Assembly (NCBI GenBank): GCA_964565945.1
Contig: CAZMGY010000021.1
Span: 30,001-62,000, forward strand
Reading direction: 5' to 3'
Source: an uncultured bacterium
Lineage (GTDB): Bacteria; GCA-001730085
Length of the DNA: 32,000 bases
Shown here: in pieces, positions 10,828 through 21,441 of the stretch
How the letters are laid out: every line of letters starts with the position of its first letter
How positions within the stretch are numbered: the stretch's first letter is position 1
Position numbers and translations under genes: made by a program
Notes under the pieces: generated by a model
Database searches by the model: none
Told to the model about the DNA's origin: nothing
What the model saw: only the letters and a program-made list of their open reading frames with translations

Positions 10828-10854
10828 TTTCTTATTCTCCTTTGTTCGTATATC

Positions 10855-12009
10855 TTATTGGGCCCAACGCGCAAAACGCTCAAGACCTTCACTAATACTA
10901 TCTAAATCTAAAGCATACGATAAACGCACACAGTCATCGTCGCCAAAAGCTTGTCCTGGCACCAAAGCCACATGCGCTTCTTTCAACAAGTCTTCCGCCA
11001 CATCAATCGAAGACCCGCGCTCTAGGCCACTTATATTAGGAAAAGCATAAAAAGCACCTTCTGGCCTTAAACATTCAACACCTGGAATCGCATTCAACAT
11101 CTCCACCATCACATCACGACGCGCTCTAAACAAAGTCACGTTGTCAGCCAAAAAGCTTTGATCCCCTTCAAGAGCGGCTAAAGCTGCTTTTTGCGCAATC
11201 GAGCAAGGATTCGACGTGCTGTGACTTTGATAACTCGCCATCGCTTTCGCCACAAAAACAGGCCCTGCCATATAGCCGATCCGCCACCCCGTCATCGCAT
11301 AGGCTTTGGAATGTCCGTTAACAACAATGGTTTTATCTTTAAGCTCAGGAACCACGGCAGCAATGCTTTTGTGTGGAGTGTCGTAAACAATATGTTCATA
11401 AATTTCATCCGAAATGATCATCGTTTCGCATTGCTGCAAAACTCCGCCCAAAGCTTTAAGCTCATCTTCGCTATAAACCATTCCCGTAGGATTAGAAGGG
11501 CTATTTAAGATGACTAATTTGGTATGACGGGTCAAGGCATTCTGCAACATCACGGGTGTCATTTTGAACTGTGTGTCTTGCCCACAAGGCACCACCACCA
11601 GTGTCGCGCCTGCTATTTTAACCATTTCGGGATAACTCAACCAAAACGGCGCGGGAATTAAAACCTCATCGCCAGGGTTGCACAAAACTTGAATCAAATT
11701 AAAGATGGAGTGTTTAGCCCCACAAGATACCACGACCTGAGAAGGATCATAGCTCAAACCATTGTCACATTCAAACTTACGACAAATCGCAACTTTCAAT
11801 TCTTCGGTTCCCGTGGTCGGGGTGTACCGGGTGAAACCATCTTGAATCGCTTGAATAGCGGCATCTTTAATAAACTGAGACGTATCAAAATCGGGCTCTC
11901 CAGCCCCAAAACCAATCACAGGAACACCTTCGGATTTTAAACGTTTCGCTTCTGCTGAAATCGCCAAGGTCACCGAGGGCGTCACACTTTGTAAACGGGT
12001 GTTGATCAT
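10855..12009 (-). CDS. pyridoxal-phosphate-dependent aspartate aminotransferase (class I)
   Basis: NSPSNPTG and the PLP-lysine motif SKAYAMTGWRIGY. Typical length of 384 aa. Confidence 0.85.
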   Translation of the reverse strand: MINTRLQSVTPSVTLAISAEAKRLKSEGVPVIGFGAGEPDFDTSQFIKDAAIQAIQDGFTRYTPTTGTEELKVAICRKFECDNGLSYDPSQVVVSCGAKHSIFNLIQVLCNPGDEVLIPAPFWLSYPEMVKIAGATLVVVPCGQDTQFKMTPVMLQNALTRHTKLVILNSPSNPTGMVYSEDELKALGGVLQQCETMIISDEIYEHIVYDTPHKSIAAVVPELKDKTIVVNGHSKAYAMTGWRIGYMAGPVFVAKAMASYQSHSTSNPCSIAQKAALAALEGDQSFLADNVTLFRARRDVMVEMLNAIPGVECLRPEGAFYAFPNISGLERGSSIDVAEDLLKEAHVALVPGQAFGDDDCVRLSYALDLDSISEGLERFARWAQ

Positions 12010-12206
12010 TGCTTTATCCTTAAATTTTGTTTTATCCTATATTTAGTTACCGTGGATTGATCACAGCATGACTTAAGAAATCAGTTCTTTAACATAACTA
12101 CAATCGCTCCATTTTAGCAAAAACAAGGGGTTTTGTCATTCAACACAAGAAAAGCCGTTTAAGTGGCATCCTGCACATAAAAAGGTTCCAGTGATGCAAA
12201 AGATGC

Positions 12207-12242
12207 TTTAAATAAAGGATACTGGCCTCTCCTTTATTTAAA
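12207..12242. repeat. perfect 13-bp inverted repeat with a 10-nt spacer
   Basis: TTTAAATAAAGGA (12207-12219), spacer tactggcctc, TCCTTTATTTAAA (12230-12242). It lies in the divergent aminotransferase/rsmI intergenic region. Confidence 0.8.
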
Positions 12243-12513
12243 TTATTACTCACAGAACCCTCGCAAACACTCAAGTCAATATACTGATTGATTGGCAGCA
12301 ACTAGACAAACAATTCAAACAACTTTACCAAGCTAATCAAGGCATGGACAGTTGCGCCCAAAGTGGCATTATTCAGATGATTTTGGGTCAATGATGTTAG
12401 CTTTTACGACGTTCGTGAGAGAATTTATGAAAGATTGTGTTTTTTAAAAAATTGTTCATTGTTAATAAATATGGTTAAAATAGTAAAAAATCAAGTAAAG
12501 AAAGCTTGGGGCG

Positions 12514-13173
12514 ATGTTATATATTGTGAGTACTCCAATAGGAAATTTAGACGATATCACGTTACGTGCTCTTAAGACTTTGCAAGAGGTCGATTGGATT
12601 GCGGCCGAAGATACGCGCCACACGGGAAAGTTGCTCAAGCATTTCGAGATTTCAACACCGCAAGCGTCTTATCACGAACACAATAAAGAAAGTCGTAGTG
12701 GTGAGATCGTTCAAAAGATGAAAGAGGGATTATCCTACGCATTGGTTTCTGATGCGGGCACTCCTGGTATTTCCGACCCAGGCTTTCACTTGATACGTGA
12801 AGTGCAAAATGCTCAGCTTCCAGTAACATGTGTTCCTGGTGCTACGGCTGTGATTCCTGCCTTAGTTTTGTCGGGCTGTCCAGTGGATCGCTTTCAGTTC
12901 GTAGGCTTTTTACCGCCCAAGCTTGGAAAAAAACGTAGCAAATTAGAATCTCTCAAAGGCTATGGTTCCAGTGTGATTGTTTATGAGTCTCCATACAAAC
13001 TTCTCAAAACCCTCGAGGCAATCCAAGACGTTTTGGGAAACATTCCTGTGACACTATGTCGCGAATTGACCAAGATGCATGAAGAGGTTTGCACTCGCTC
13101 TGTTTCTGAATGGTTTCAGTGCTATCAACAATGTCCTCCTAAAGGAGAATATGTGCTTGTTTTTGTGTGCTAA
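12514..13173 (+). CDS. rsmI: 16S rRNA (cytidine1402-2'-O)-methyltransferase
   Basis: N-terminal tetrapyrrole-methylase-fold signature LYIVSTPIGNLDDITLRAL...AAEDTRHT. Confidence 0.85.
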   Translation: MLYIVSTPIGNLDDITLRALKTLQEVDWIAAEDTRHTGKLLKHFEISTPQASYHEHNKESRSGEIVQKMKEGLSYALVSDAGTPGISDPGFHLIREVQNAQLPVTCVPGATAVIPALVLSGCPVDRFQFVGFLPPKLGKKRSKLESLKGYGSSVIVYESPYKLLKTLEAIQDVLGNIPVTLCRELTKMHEEVCTRSVSEWFQCYQQCPPKGEYVLVFVC

Positions 13174-13182
13174 AATATCTGC

Positions 13183-15608
<2,426 letters not shown>

Positions 15609-15659
15609 CGTAAGCTTAAGCTTAGTTCTGATGTGGCTTGGGGGGGGGGAGTGTAAAGG

Positions 15660-15983
15660 GTGCGACGACAACATTATCGTCAACATTGGGTAGAGAGAAT
15701 TTTTCTCGATAACAGGACTCTTGCCTGTGTTCTCGTTTTGGTAGGAATGGCTATGTTCCAGCTATTGTGGCCCATTGCACGTAAAAAACAAGAGTTACAG
15801 CAAGAAATCACTATTGTTAATCGCGATATTAATGAAGTGCGGCTCTGGCGGGATTACTTGGAACAGCAAATTGATATGCTCCAAAATGATCCAGAGCATA
15901 TCGAACGTTTGGCTCGGGATAAGCTGGGCTTAGTACGTCAAGATGAGATCGTTTATCAAATCTTGGATTCAACTCCTCGCTAG
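15660..15983 (+). CDS. ftsB: cell division protein FtsB/DivIC family (septum formation initiator)
   Basis: Single TM helix followed by a coiled coil and the conserved tail IERLARDKLGLVRQDEIVY. GTG start. The position after eno is the usual one for ftsB. Confidence 0.8.
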   Translation: MRRQHYRQHWVERIFLDNRTLACVLVLVGMAMFQLLWPIARKKQELQQEITIVNRDINEVRLWRDYLEQQIDMLQNDPEHIERLARDKLGLVRQDEIVYQILDSTPR

Positions 15984-16020
15984 TGTGGTTAATGGTTAGA
16001 AGCTTTGCTTACCTTTGGTG

Positions 16021-16050
16021 TTTTCACCCACTGGGTGAAAAGGTTTTTTT
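16021..16050 (+). terminator. rho-independent terminator after ftsB
   Basis: 8-bp stem TTTTCACC / GGTGAAAA with loop CACTG, followed by GG and a T7 run (16044-16050). Confidence 0.8.
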
Positions 16051-16568
16051 GTTGAAACCATTATACCAGTTGGGATTTCTGTGCTTTTTTGTTTTCTATT
16101 TTTGGATGGGGGTTATAATAGAAAGGGTAGAGTGCGGAACTGTGAGGTCGCGCAGGGGGTCTTATGAGCTGGATAACCAAGCGGTCGCTCTAATGTTGAT
16201 ATGCCCAACTTGAATGTGCAAAGAAATCAAGATTTTACAACCCAATTTACCCCTCATGAAACTTGGGAGGTGGATATTGCTTTTATTCTTCGCTTGCCCT
16301 GGGGTTTGTGAAAAGGGTGAATGCTTGTTTGTGCGTGAGTCTGCCATTTGGGCCGATAGTCAACTTTATAGGGGCCGAGAGGGTCTGTTGAGGGTGATTT
16401 TTAAGAAATTTTGGCTAATGCGGGTAGTGATTTCCTGGATCTTGAGCATTGTTTTTCGTTACAAAAATTATCCTTCTCGCCTCGAGGACTTGCAATGTCT
16501 GTATATGCCACAATCTTTGAAAGTGCCCAATAAATTGGTCAAACCTTTTTTGATTCCATTTACCTTGC

Positions 16569-17400
16569 CTACAAACTAGTATTTTCAAAGTTAACTGCTA
16601 GTATCTTTTTTAAATCTTCTTTCACAGTATTAGTGATATGTTCATTATCGTTTAAAGACTTGCATAAAATCTTAAGTTCTTTTTTTTGATCAGCATAATC
16701 ATCCGATATTGAAAATTTACTTATAGGGCTTCCTGTTTTTTGAGCTATTAAGCAATATAGTAACAATGAGGTTGTGTTATATCCACGAGCACTGCCAAAA
16801 ACATCCCCTAGAGATATGAATCGAGATTCAAGCCCTGAAACATTTTGTGGATCAAAAGGCTTAGAATAAGCATTTTCAAAAATCTTTCTATAATTAACAT
16901 TTCACCGAATGGTTTTTGACCTATAAGAAAATCATAATATTCATCTTGAGTATATTTTTTAGGGGTTTCAATTTCATTAATCTTTTTACATTCTTCTAAA
17001 AAATCAAGTGGGCTTTCTTTATTTTCTAAAATAATTTTTAAGCCCTTTGCATAATCAAAATCTAAATCCAGATTTGTTTTAAAAATCTTAAAAGCTGACT
17101 TTAATCTACCTTCTTTTAATTCTTTGTCTAATTTTTTTTGTAGCAAGTTTTTTGAATATTCCTGTGTGATTTTATTTATTCCTTTTTTAAATTTAAAATA
17201 TAAGAATAATAATATCGCTAAAGATACAGCCCAAATTAAAAAGTCTAATGTTCGAATAAAACTTAGAATGCCATCAAAATCTTCATATATTAGAAAAAAA
17301 CTTGCTACAAAAAAAACGAAACAATAGAACTAACTATTCCTAGTTGAAGTCCCTGATTCCAATACAAATATTCTTTTTCTTGTTGCTTATTATTACTCAT
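16569..17400 (-). pseudogene. AT-rich membrane-anchored hypothetical gene disrupted by at least two frameshifts
   Basis: The ATG at 17400 opens a 31-codon frame that stops just after a T8 run (A8 at 17309-17316 on the plus strand). One extra T would fuse it to the frame of track ORF 16808..17146. A second shift near 16810-16890 would join that to track ORF 16569..16766, whose upstream extension (FENAYSKPFDPQNVSGLESRFISLGDVFGSARGYNTT) reads as protein-like. Confidence 0.5.
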
Positions 17401-17534
17401 ACCCTAATATTTTCCTCACAAAATCAATATCAAAACCTTTGAAATTAGCATACAGTTATGATACAATCGTTTCGTTGAGCAGGGATGAAGGCAAGCAAAA
17501 AATAATCGTTTTCAGGAACGTATTTAAGAAAGAC

Positions 17535-17564
17535 TTGATTTTTGTGCCCACTCTTCGATACAAT
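17535..17564 (+). promoter_or_regulatory. candidate sigma70 promoter for the tRNA
   Basis: TTGATT (17535-17540), an 18-nt spacer, TACAAT (17559-17564), ending about 20 nt upstream of the tRNA 5' end. A second TTGAAA-17nt-TACAAT pair sits at 17439-17467. Confidence 0.4.
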
Positions 17565-17585
17565 GATCATTCTTTATGTTTTTGG

Positions 17586-17662
17586 CGCGGGGTGGAGCAG
17601 ACTGGAAGCTCGTTGGGCTCATAACCCAAAGGTCGAGGGTTCGAATCCCTCCCCCGCTACCA
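17586..17662 (+). tRNA. initiator tRNA-Met (anticodon CAT), CCA encoded
   Basis: I folded the cloverleaf by hand: acceptor CGCGGGG/CCCCGCT with position 1:72 unpaired, D arm GAGC-AGACTGGAA-GCTC, anticodon arm TTGGG-CTCATAA-CCCAA with the three G:C pairs typical of initiators, T arm GAGGG-TTCGAAT-CCCTC. It is close to E. coli tRNA-fMet. Confidence 0.9.
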
Positions 17663-19310
17663 ACTCTATAGACGGCTGGCTAGAATAATTGTCATTGGCA
17701 ACTAATCTGGCGAGCCCTTTTTTTATGTCTGCGTTTTTCATAGGATTCTCCTGTGAGGCTATGCTTAAAATACCGGCCAAAGAGCCGTGAAGATCAATTG
17801 ATAGATCATCCTGCCCAGCTTTTGGGGTGAGGGTGATTTTCTCGATCAGCCCCCTTAAAATCAGCGCAGCTTCCCCTCTGTTTTCTTCTTGGTCTAAAGA
17901 TGCGCGTAAATCACTGATTTGCCTGCGATAGCGCTCAGCCATGGCAGGGTGAAGCATAGGCGCGGATTTTGGCGTGGCTTCGAGCAAGGTTTCCAACTCT
18001 TTGAGGCGCTCTGAGGCTCTCTCCAGATCATCTTTTATCAAATCCACGGCTACACCGTCTTTGATGGCCTGGATGATGTTCTCGCGCTCCTTAGCGAGTT
18101 TAGCAGCCTCTGCGCGGTAGCCCTTTAAGCTCTGATCATGCTGGCTTTGCAGCTTATTAAAGTGCTTCGTATATTCCGCGCAAAACACCTTCAAGAGATC
18201 ATCTCTCATGAGATGGGTTTGTAAGGCTCCGAGCACCAGAGCCTCGATGCGCTCACGTTTGATGCTCTTTTTATTGGCGCACACGCTAGAGCCTTTATTG
18301 CGGGATTGTGAGCAGCCATAGCGCTCAGAATTGATCTTGGCATAGCCACCGCCGCATATTCCGCATTTTAGTAGCCCAGAGAGCAGATAATTGGGGCGGT
18401 TATTGCGGTGCAGCCCCTTAAGGCTGGTATCAAGGGTCTTTTGACGGGATTTGGCAGCATCCCAAAGCTCCTGATCAACAATCCGTAAATCAGGCACATC
18501 TTGCCTGATCCAATCCGCCTCATCGTTTAGGCGGGTAACGCGCTTGCCCGTAGCTGGGTCTTTGATAAAATGCTGGCGGTTCCAGATTAATTCCCCAATA
18601 TAAAGATGGTTATTTAAGATGCCGGTTCCGCGCCTGCGATTACCATTGATGGTCGATTGCCCCCAGGCCTTGCCTGAGGGGGCAGGGATGCCGTCTTTGT
18701 TCAGCGCATCGGCAATTGCCTTGGGAGATTTATTTTTAAGGGCGTATTCTTCGAATATGCGCTTAACGATTTTGGCTTAGATTTCGTTGATCTCCCGATC
18801 ACCGCGTATGGCCTCGCCCTCAGAGTTAAATTGCTTCACGACTTTATAGCCGTAAGCAATGCCGCCTCCAGATTTCCCTTTTTCAACGCGCCCGCGAAGC
18901 CCGCGCCGCGTTTTATCTGCAAGGTCTTTCAGGCACATAGCGTTCATCGTGCCTTTAAGGCCGATATGCAATGTTGAGATTTCACCTTCGGACAGAGTGA
19001 TGATTTTAACGCCAGCAAATTCCATGCGCTTATAGATACCGGCAATATCTTCCTGATCACGGGACAGGCGATCCAGCGCCTCGCAGATTAGAATATCAAA
19101 CTCACCGTTCATGGCAGCCGTTAGTAGCGATTGAATACCAGGGCGCATAAGTGATGCGCCTGATATTCCTGCATCGCTATAGCAGTTTCCTAAATCCCAG
19201 CCTTCGGCTTTGGCTTTTTCTGACGCGAGGCGGATTTGATCTTCAATCGAAGCATCGCTTTGAAGATCAGAGCTATATCTGGCATAGATGCAGGCGCGTA
19301 ATTTTTTCAT
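17619..19310 (-). pseudogene. large serine recombinase interrupted by a single in-frame TAA (18777-18779)
   Basis: Track ORFs 18777..19310 (resolvase catalytic domain, ACIYARYSSDLQ...) and 17619..18497 (Cys-rich zinc-ribbon region plus coiled coil) are in the same frame. I translated the 93 codons between them by hand (AKIVKRIFEEYALKNKSPKAIADALNKDGIPAPSGKAWGQSTINGN...) and found no other stop. Together they make a 563-codon LSR. Confidence 0.85.
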
Positions 19311-19501
19311 TATTCTTCACCTTCCAATTTCTGATTTGAGAGCTGATCAGCGCAAAGCTTGTAATCTTCTTCCGCACATGTGCGGGCTAAGAGCTTTACG
19401 AGATTAATAAGGGCTAGGTCATGATTATGACTCTCTTCCTTATGACTCTTCAAGCGCGTCTGCTTGTTTTTCCGTGCAGACTTATTCATCTGATCCCCCA
19501 T
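19310..19501 (-). CDS. small hypothetical protein (63 aa) coupled to the recombinase start
   Basis: Its stop overlaps the recombinase ATG (TAATG at 19308-19312). No family recognised. Confidence 0.4.
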   Translation of the reverse strand: MGDQMNKSARKNKQTRLKSHKEESHNHDLALINLVKLLARTCAEEDYKLCADQLSNQKLEGEE

Positions 19502-19776
19502 ATAAGGGGCGAGAACAAGATAGACCTCGCCCCCGAGAGGGAATTGGCGCGAGCAGTGGGGCTGTAAGATGCAAAGACAGTGGGTGATAATGCGCTGGCT
19601 TTGCGTAAATTCGCGCCAAATAAAAAGGGGAACATATTGCCTTCACAAAATGTACCCCTAGACTTCATGCTAGGCAGCAAAAGCTTAATAAATCCTAAAG
19701 ATGCACCGTCAAACATGGCTCTCACAGCCACATTCCAAGGAGTTATTAAGATATATTTAATGCTCATAGTGCTCAT
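19486..19776 (-). CDS. hypothetical ORF (96 aa) coupled to the coupling-protein stop
   Basis: The only support is the ATGA overlap with the upstream stop at 19773-19776. The sequence is unremarkable, contains a GC-rich hairpin (19506-19533), and competes with a plus-strand ORF (19580..19789). Confidence 0.25.
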   Translation of the reverse strand: MSTMSIKYILITPWNVAVRAMFDGASLGFIKLLLPSMKSRGTFCEGNMFPFLFGANLRKASALSPTVFASYSPTARANSLSGARSILFSPLIWGIR

Positions 19777-21437
19777 GCGTGCCCATTAAGGTATATGCGC
19801 ACAGGCAAGTTTTTTGGATAATTATTTTTGTGATAAGGGCTTTTACCTGCTAATTTTCGCCATGGCTCTATCTGGAAGTAAGCTAATTTCTCAGCTCTAA
19901 TCAAAGCTTTTCCATCAATAGCGATAAGCTGGTGGCTCATATCCATGCGCCCGATCTCATCTATGCTCATCACGGATGCGGCGCGCTCGTTAATACTTAA
20001 ACGCCATGGAGAAACCGGATTATTGGGATCACGGGTAAGAGAGCGGGCTTTCATGGTTTTATTACCAATGCGAGCGCTCCATGCTTTACGATCAAGTTCC
20101 CCGCGTATGCTCCAAGCCTGCATAAAGCTTGATTGCTCTTCGATCAGGCCTGCCATTTGCTGGCCATAAATCTCAATTGGTTGGCGGCGGCTTTGAAACA
20201 CCATCCATAGGCGCACGCCCTTGCCAGGCAATAGTGATAGCGCTTTGGAAAGATTAGGTAGCTTGCCGATATTACCCATCTCTTCTAAAAGCATCATGAT
20301 TGGTGAAGGCTTTGGCGCGGCGGCAATGGTTTCTAGTAACAATGTAGCGATCAGGCCAAGGGCAGAGCCATGGGTTTCTAATTTTGCTTCTGGCAAAATC
20401 ACATAGAGCGTGGTTTTGCCATCCAGAATATCGGATAATTTAAAATCAGAGCTGCTCATTGCCGCGCCCATAGGTGAGTGCGCGTCATAAATCTCAAGAG
20501 CGTTCATGGCGTTATCTCTAAATGCGCCATAGGTCTTGATATATTCAGATCGCAACATCTCTGCTAAGCCATTGCCGTAATCTTGAAGTAATCCGTGCAG
20601 CCAATCGCTTGAGCGCATCTCAAAGGCAATGGCTTTTTGTTTATTGCTTCCAGCCCAGATAAGTTTGCGCAAAGTTGGCAGGGTGCATTGATCAGGCATA
20701 AACACAGCCATATATAAAAGGAATGTAATGATTAGCCTGCGCCCACCATTACGGAAGAACATACCATCGCCCATATCATTAGGCCTTTCTGCAATGAGCT
20801 GGAAGGCAATAGAGCGCGCAAGATCATGCAAGTCCTTGCCTCCGTTCTTCATCACATCAACAACCAAGATGCGCAGTGGATTAAAATTCACGCCCTTAAT
20901 GCCAAGAACATTAAAGGGATTAAAGATCAAAACATTTTGACCTCGCGCTTTACGGTACTTGGCGGTGATAGCTGTTAGCTCGCCCTTAACATCGGTAACA
21001 AACATCGAGCCTCCAAACCAGTGCAAAAGCGCAGGAATAATTACCGAGATTGTTTTACCGGTGCGTGAAGGCGCATAGGTCAGCATGTGACCATTGCCAG
21101 TTAGGTATGGATCGTAAAAGAGCGGGGCATCTGCCATGCTGCCAACATAAAAACCACTGCGGTTTTTAATTAGCTCTTTTATGAAGCTGTCTTGGATTTC
21201 GGCCAGTCTTGCATGACCATAGCTATCAGATAGCTTGCGACTTTCATGCAATAGATTGATCTGATGCGCGGTATGTAATGACAGGGAAAGAAACTCCATT
21301 ATCTTTTTGATAAAGATAAGCAGCGCCAAGCCCATCACTGCCACGCCCCAAACATAACCGCCATTCATAGCGGCCAGCCACAATCCTGCAAGAAGCAGGA
21401 TTAGTGGCATGAGCAGGAAAATGAGGGCGGTAAACAT
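19773..21437 (-). CDS. type IV coupling protein (VirD4/TraG/TraD family)
   Basis: Two N-terminal TM helices, GHARLAE, Walker A LTYAPSRTGKTISVIIPALL, VTDVKGEL, a Walker B-like MMLLEEMGNIG, and VRLWMVFQSRRQPIEIYG. This motif order is typical of VirD4/TraG. Confidence 0.85.
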   Translation of the reverse strand: MFTALIFLLMPLILLLAGLWLAAMNGGYVWGVAVMGLALLIFIKKIMEFLSLSLHTAHQINLLHESRKLSDSYGHARLAEIQDSFIKELIKNRSGFYVGSMADAPLFYDPYLTGNGHMLTYAPSRTGKTISVIIPALLHWFGGSMFVTDVKGELTAITAKYRKARGQNVLIFNPFNVLGIKGVNFNPLRILVVDVMKNGGKDLHDLARSIAFQLIAERPNDMGDGMFFRNGGRRLIITFLLYMAVFMPDQCTLPTLRKLIWAGSNKQKAIAFEMRSSDWLHGLLQDYGNGLAEMLRSEYIKTYGAFRDNAMNALEIYDAHSPMGAAMSSSDFKLSDILDGKTTLYVILPEAKLETHGSALGLIATLLLETIAAAPKPSPIMMLLEEMGNIGKLPNLSKALSLLPGKGVRLWMVFQSRRQPIEIYGQQMAGLIEEQSSFMQAWSIRGELDRKAWSARIGNKTMKARSLTRDPNNPVSPWRLSINERAASVMSIDEIGRMDMSHQLIAIDGKALIRAEKLAYFQIEPWRKLAGKSPYHKNNYPKNLPVRIYLNGHA

Positions 21438-21441
21438 GATT

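Noticed and set aside
1054-11940. About 25 ORFs of 60-115 aa lying antisense to or out of frame within ppa, the 510-aa gene, folC, accD, the 804-aa gene, apbE, icd and the aminotransferase (for example 1054..1299, 4373..4618, 6735..7067, 10748..11050, 11191..11508).
   Set aside because: They are shadow ORFs entirely nested in confidently identified genes, with no independent motif or RBS support.
12010-12513. The strand switch (genes mostly minus to the left, plus to the right) combined with TTATCC-containing words and an AT-rich tract suggested a replication origin.
   Set aside because: The candidate boxes (TTATCCTTA, TTATCCTAT, CAATCCACG) match the TTATCCACA consensus at only 6-7 of 9 positions. 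There are too few of them, and no dnaA, dnaN or other origin-linked gene is adjacent. A divergent promoter region explains it adequately.
15984-16568. Track ORFs 15983..16213 and 16214..16579 downstream of the ftsB terminator. I also checked this stretch by eye against tmRNA, RNase P, SRP and 6S RNA features.
   Set aside because: The ORF translations are Cys/Trp/Phe-rich and not protein-like, and neither has an RBS. None of the conserved RNA motifs I know (for example GAGGAAAGTCC, or a tRNA-like tmRNA 3' end) is present. I left the stretch unannotated.
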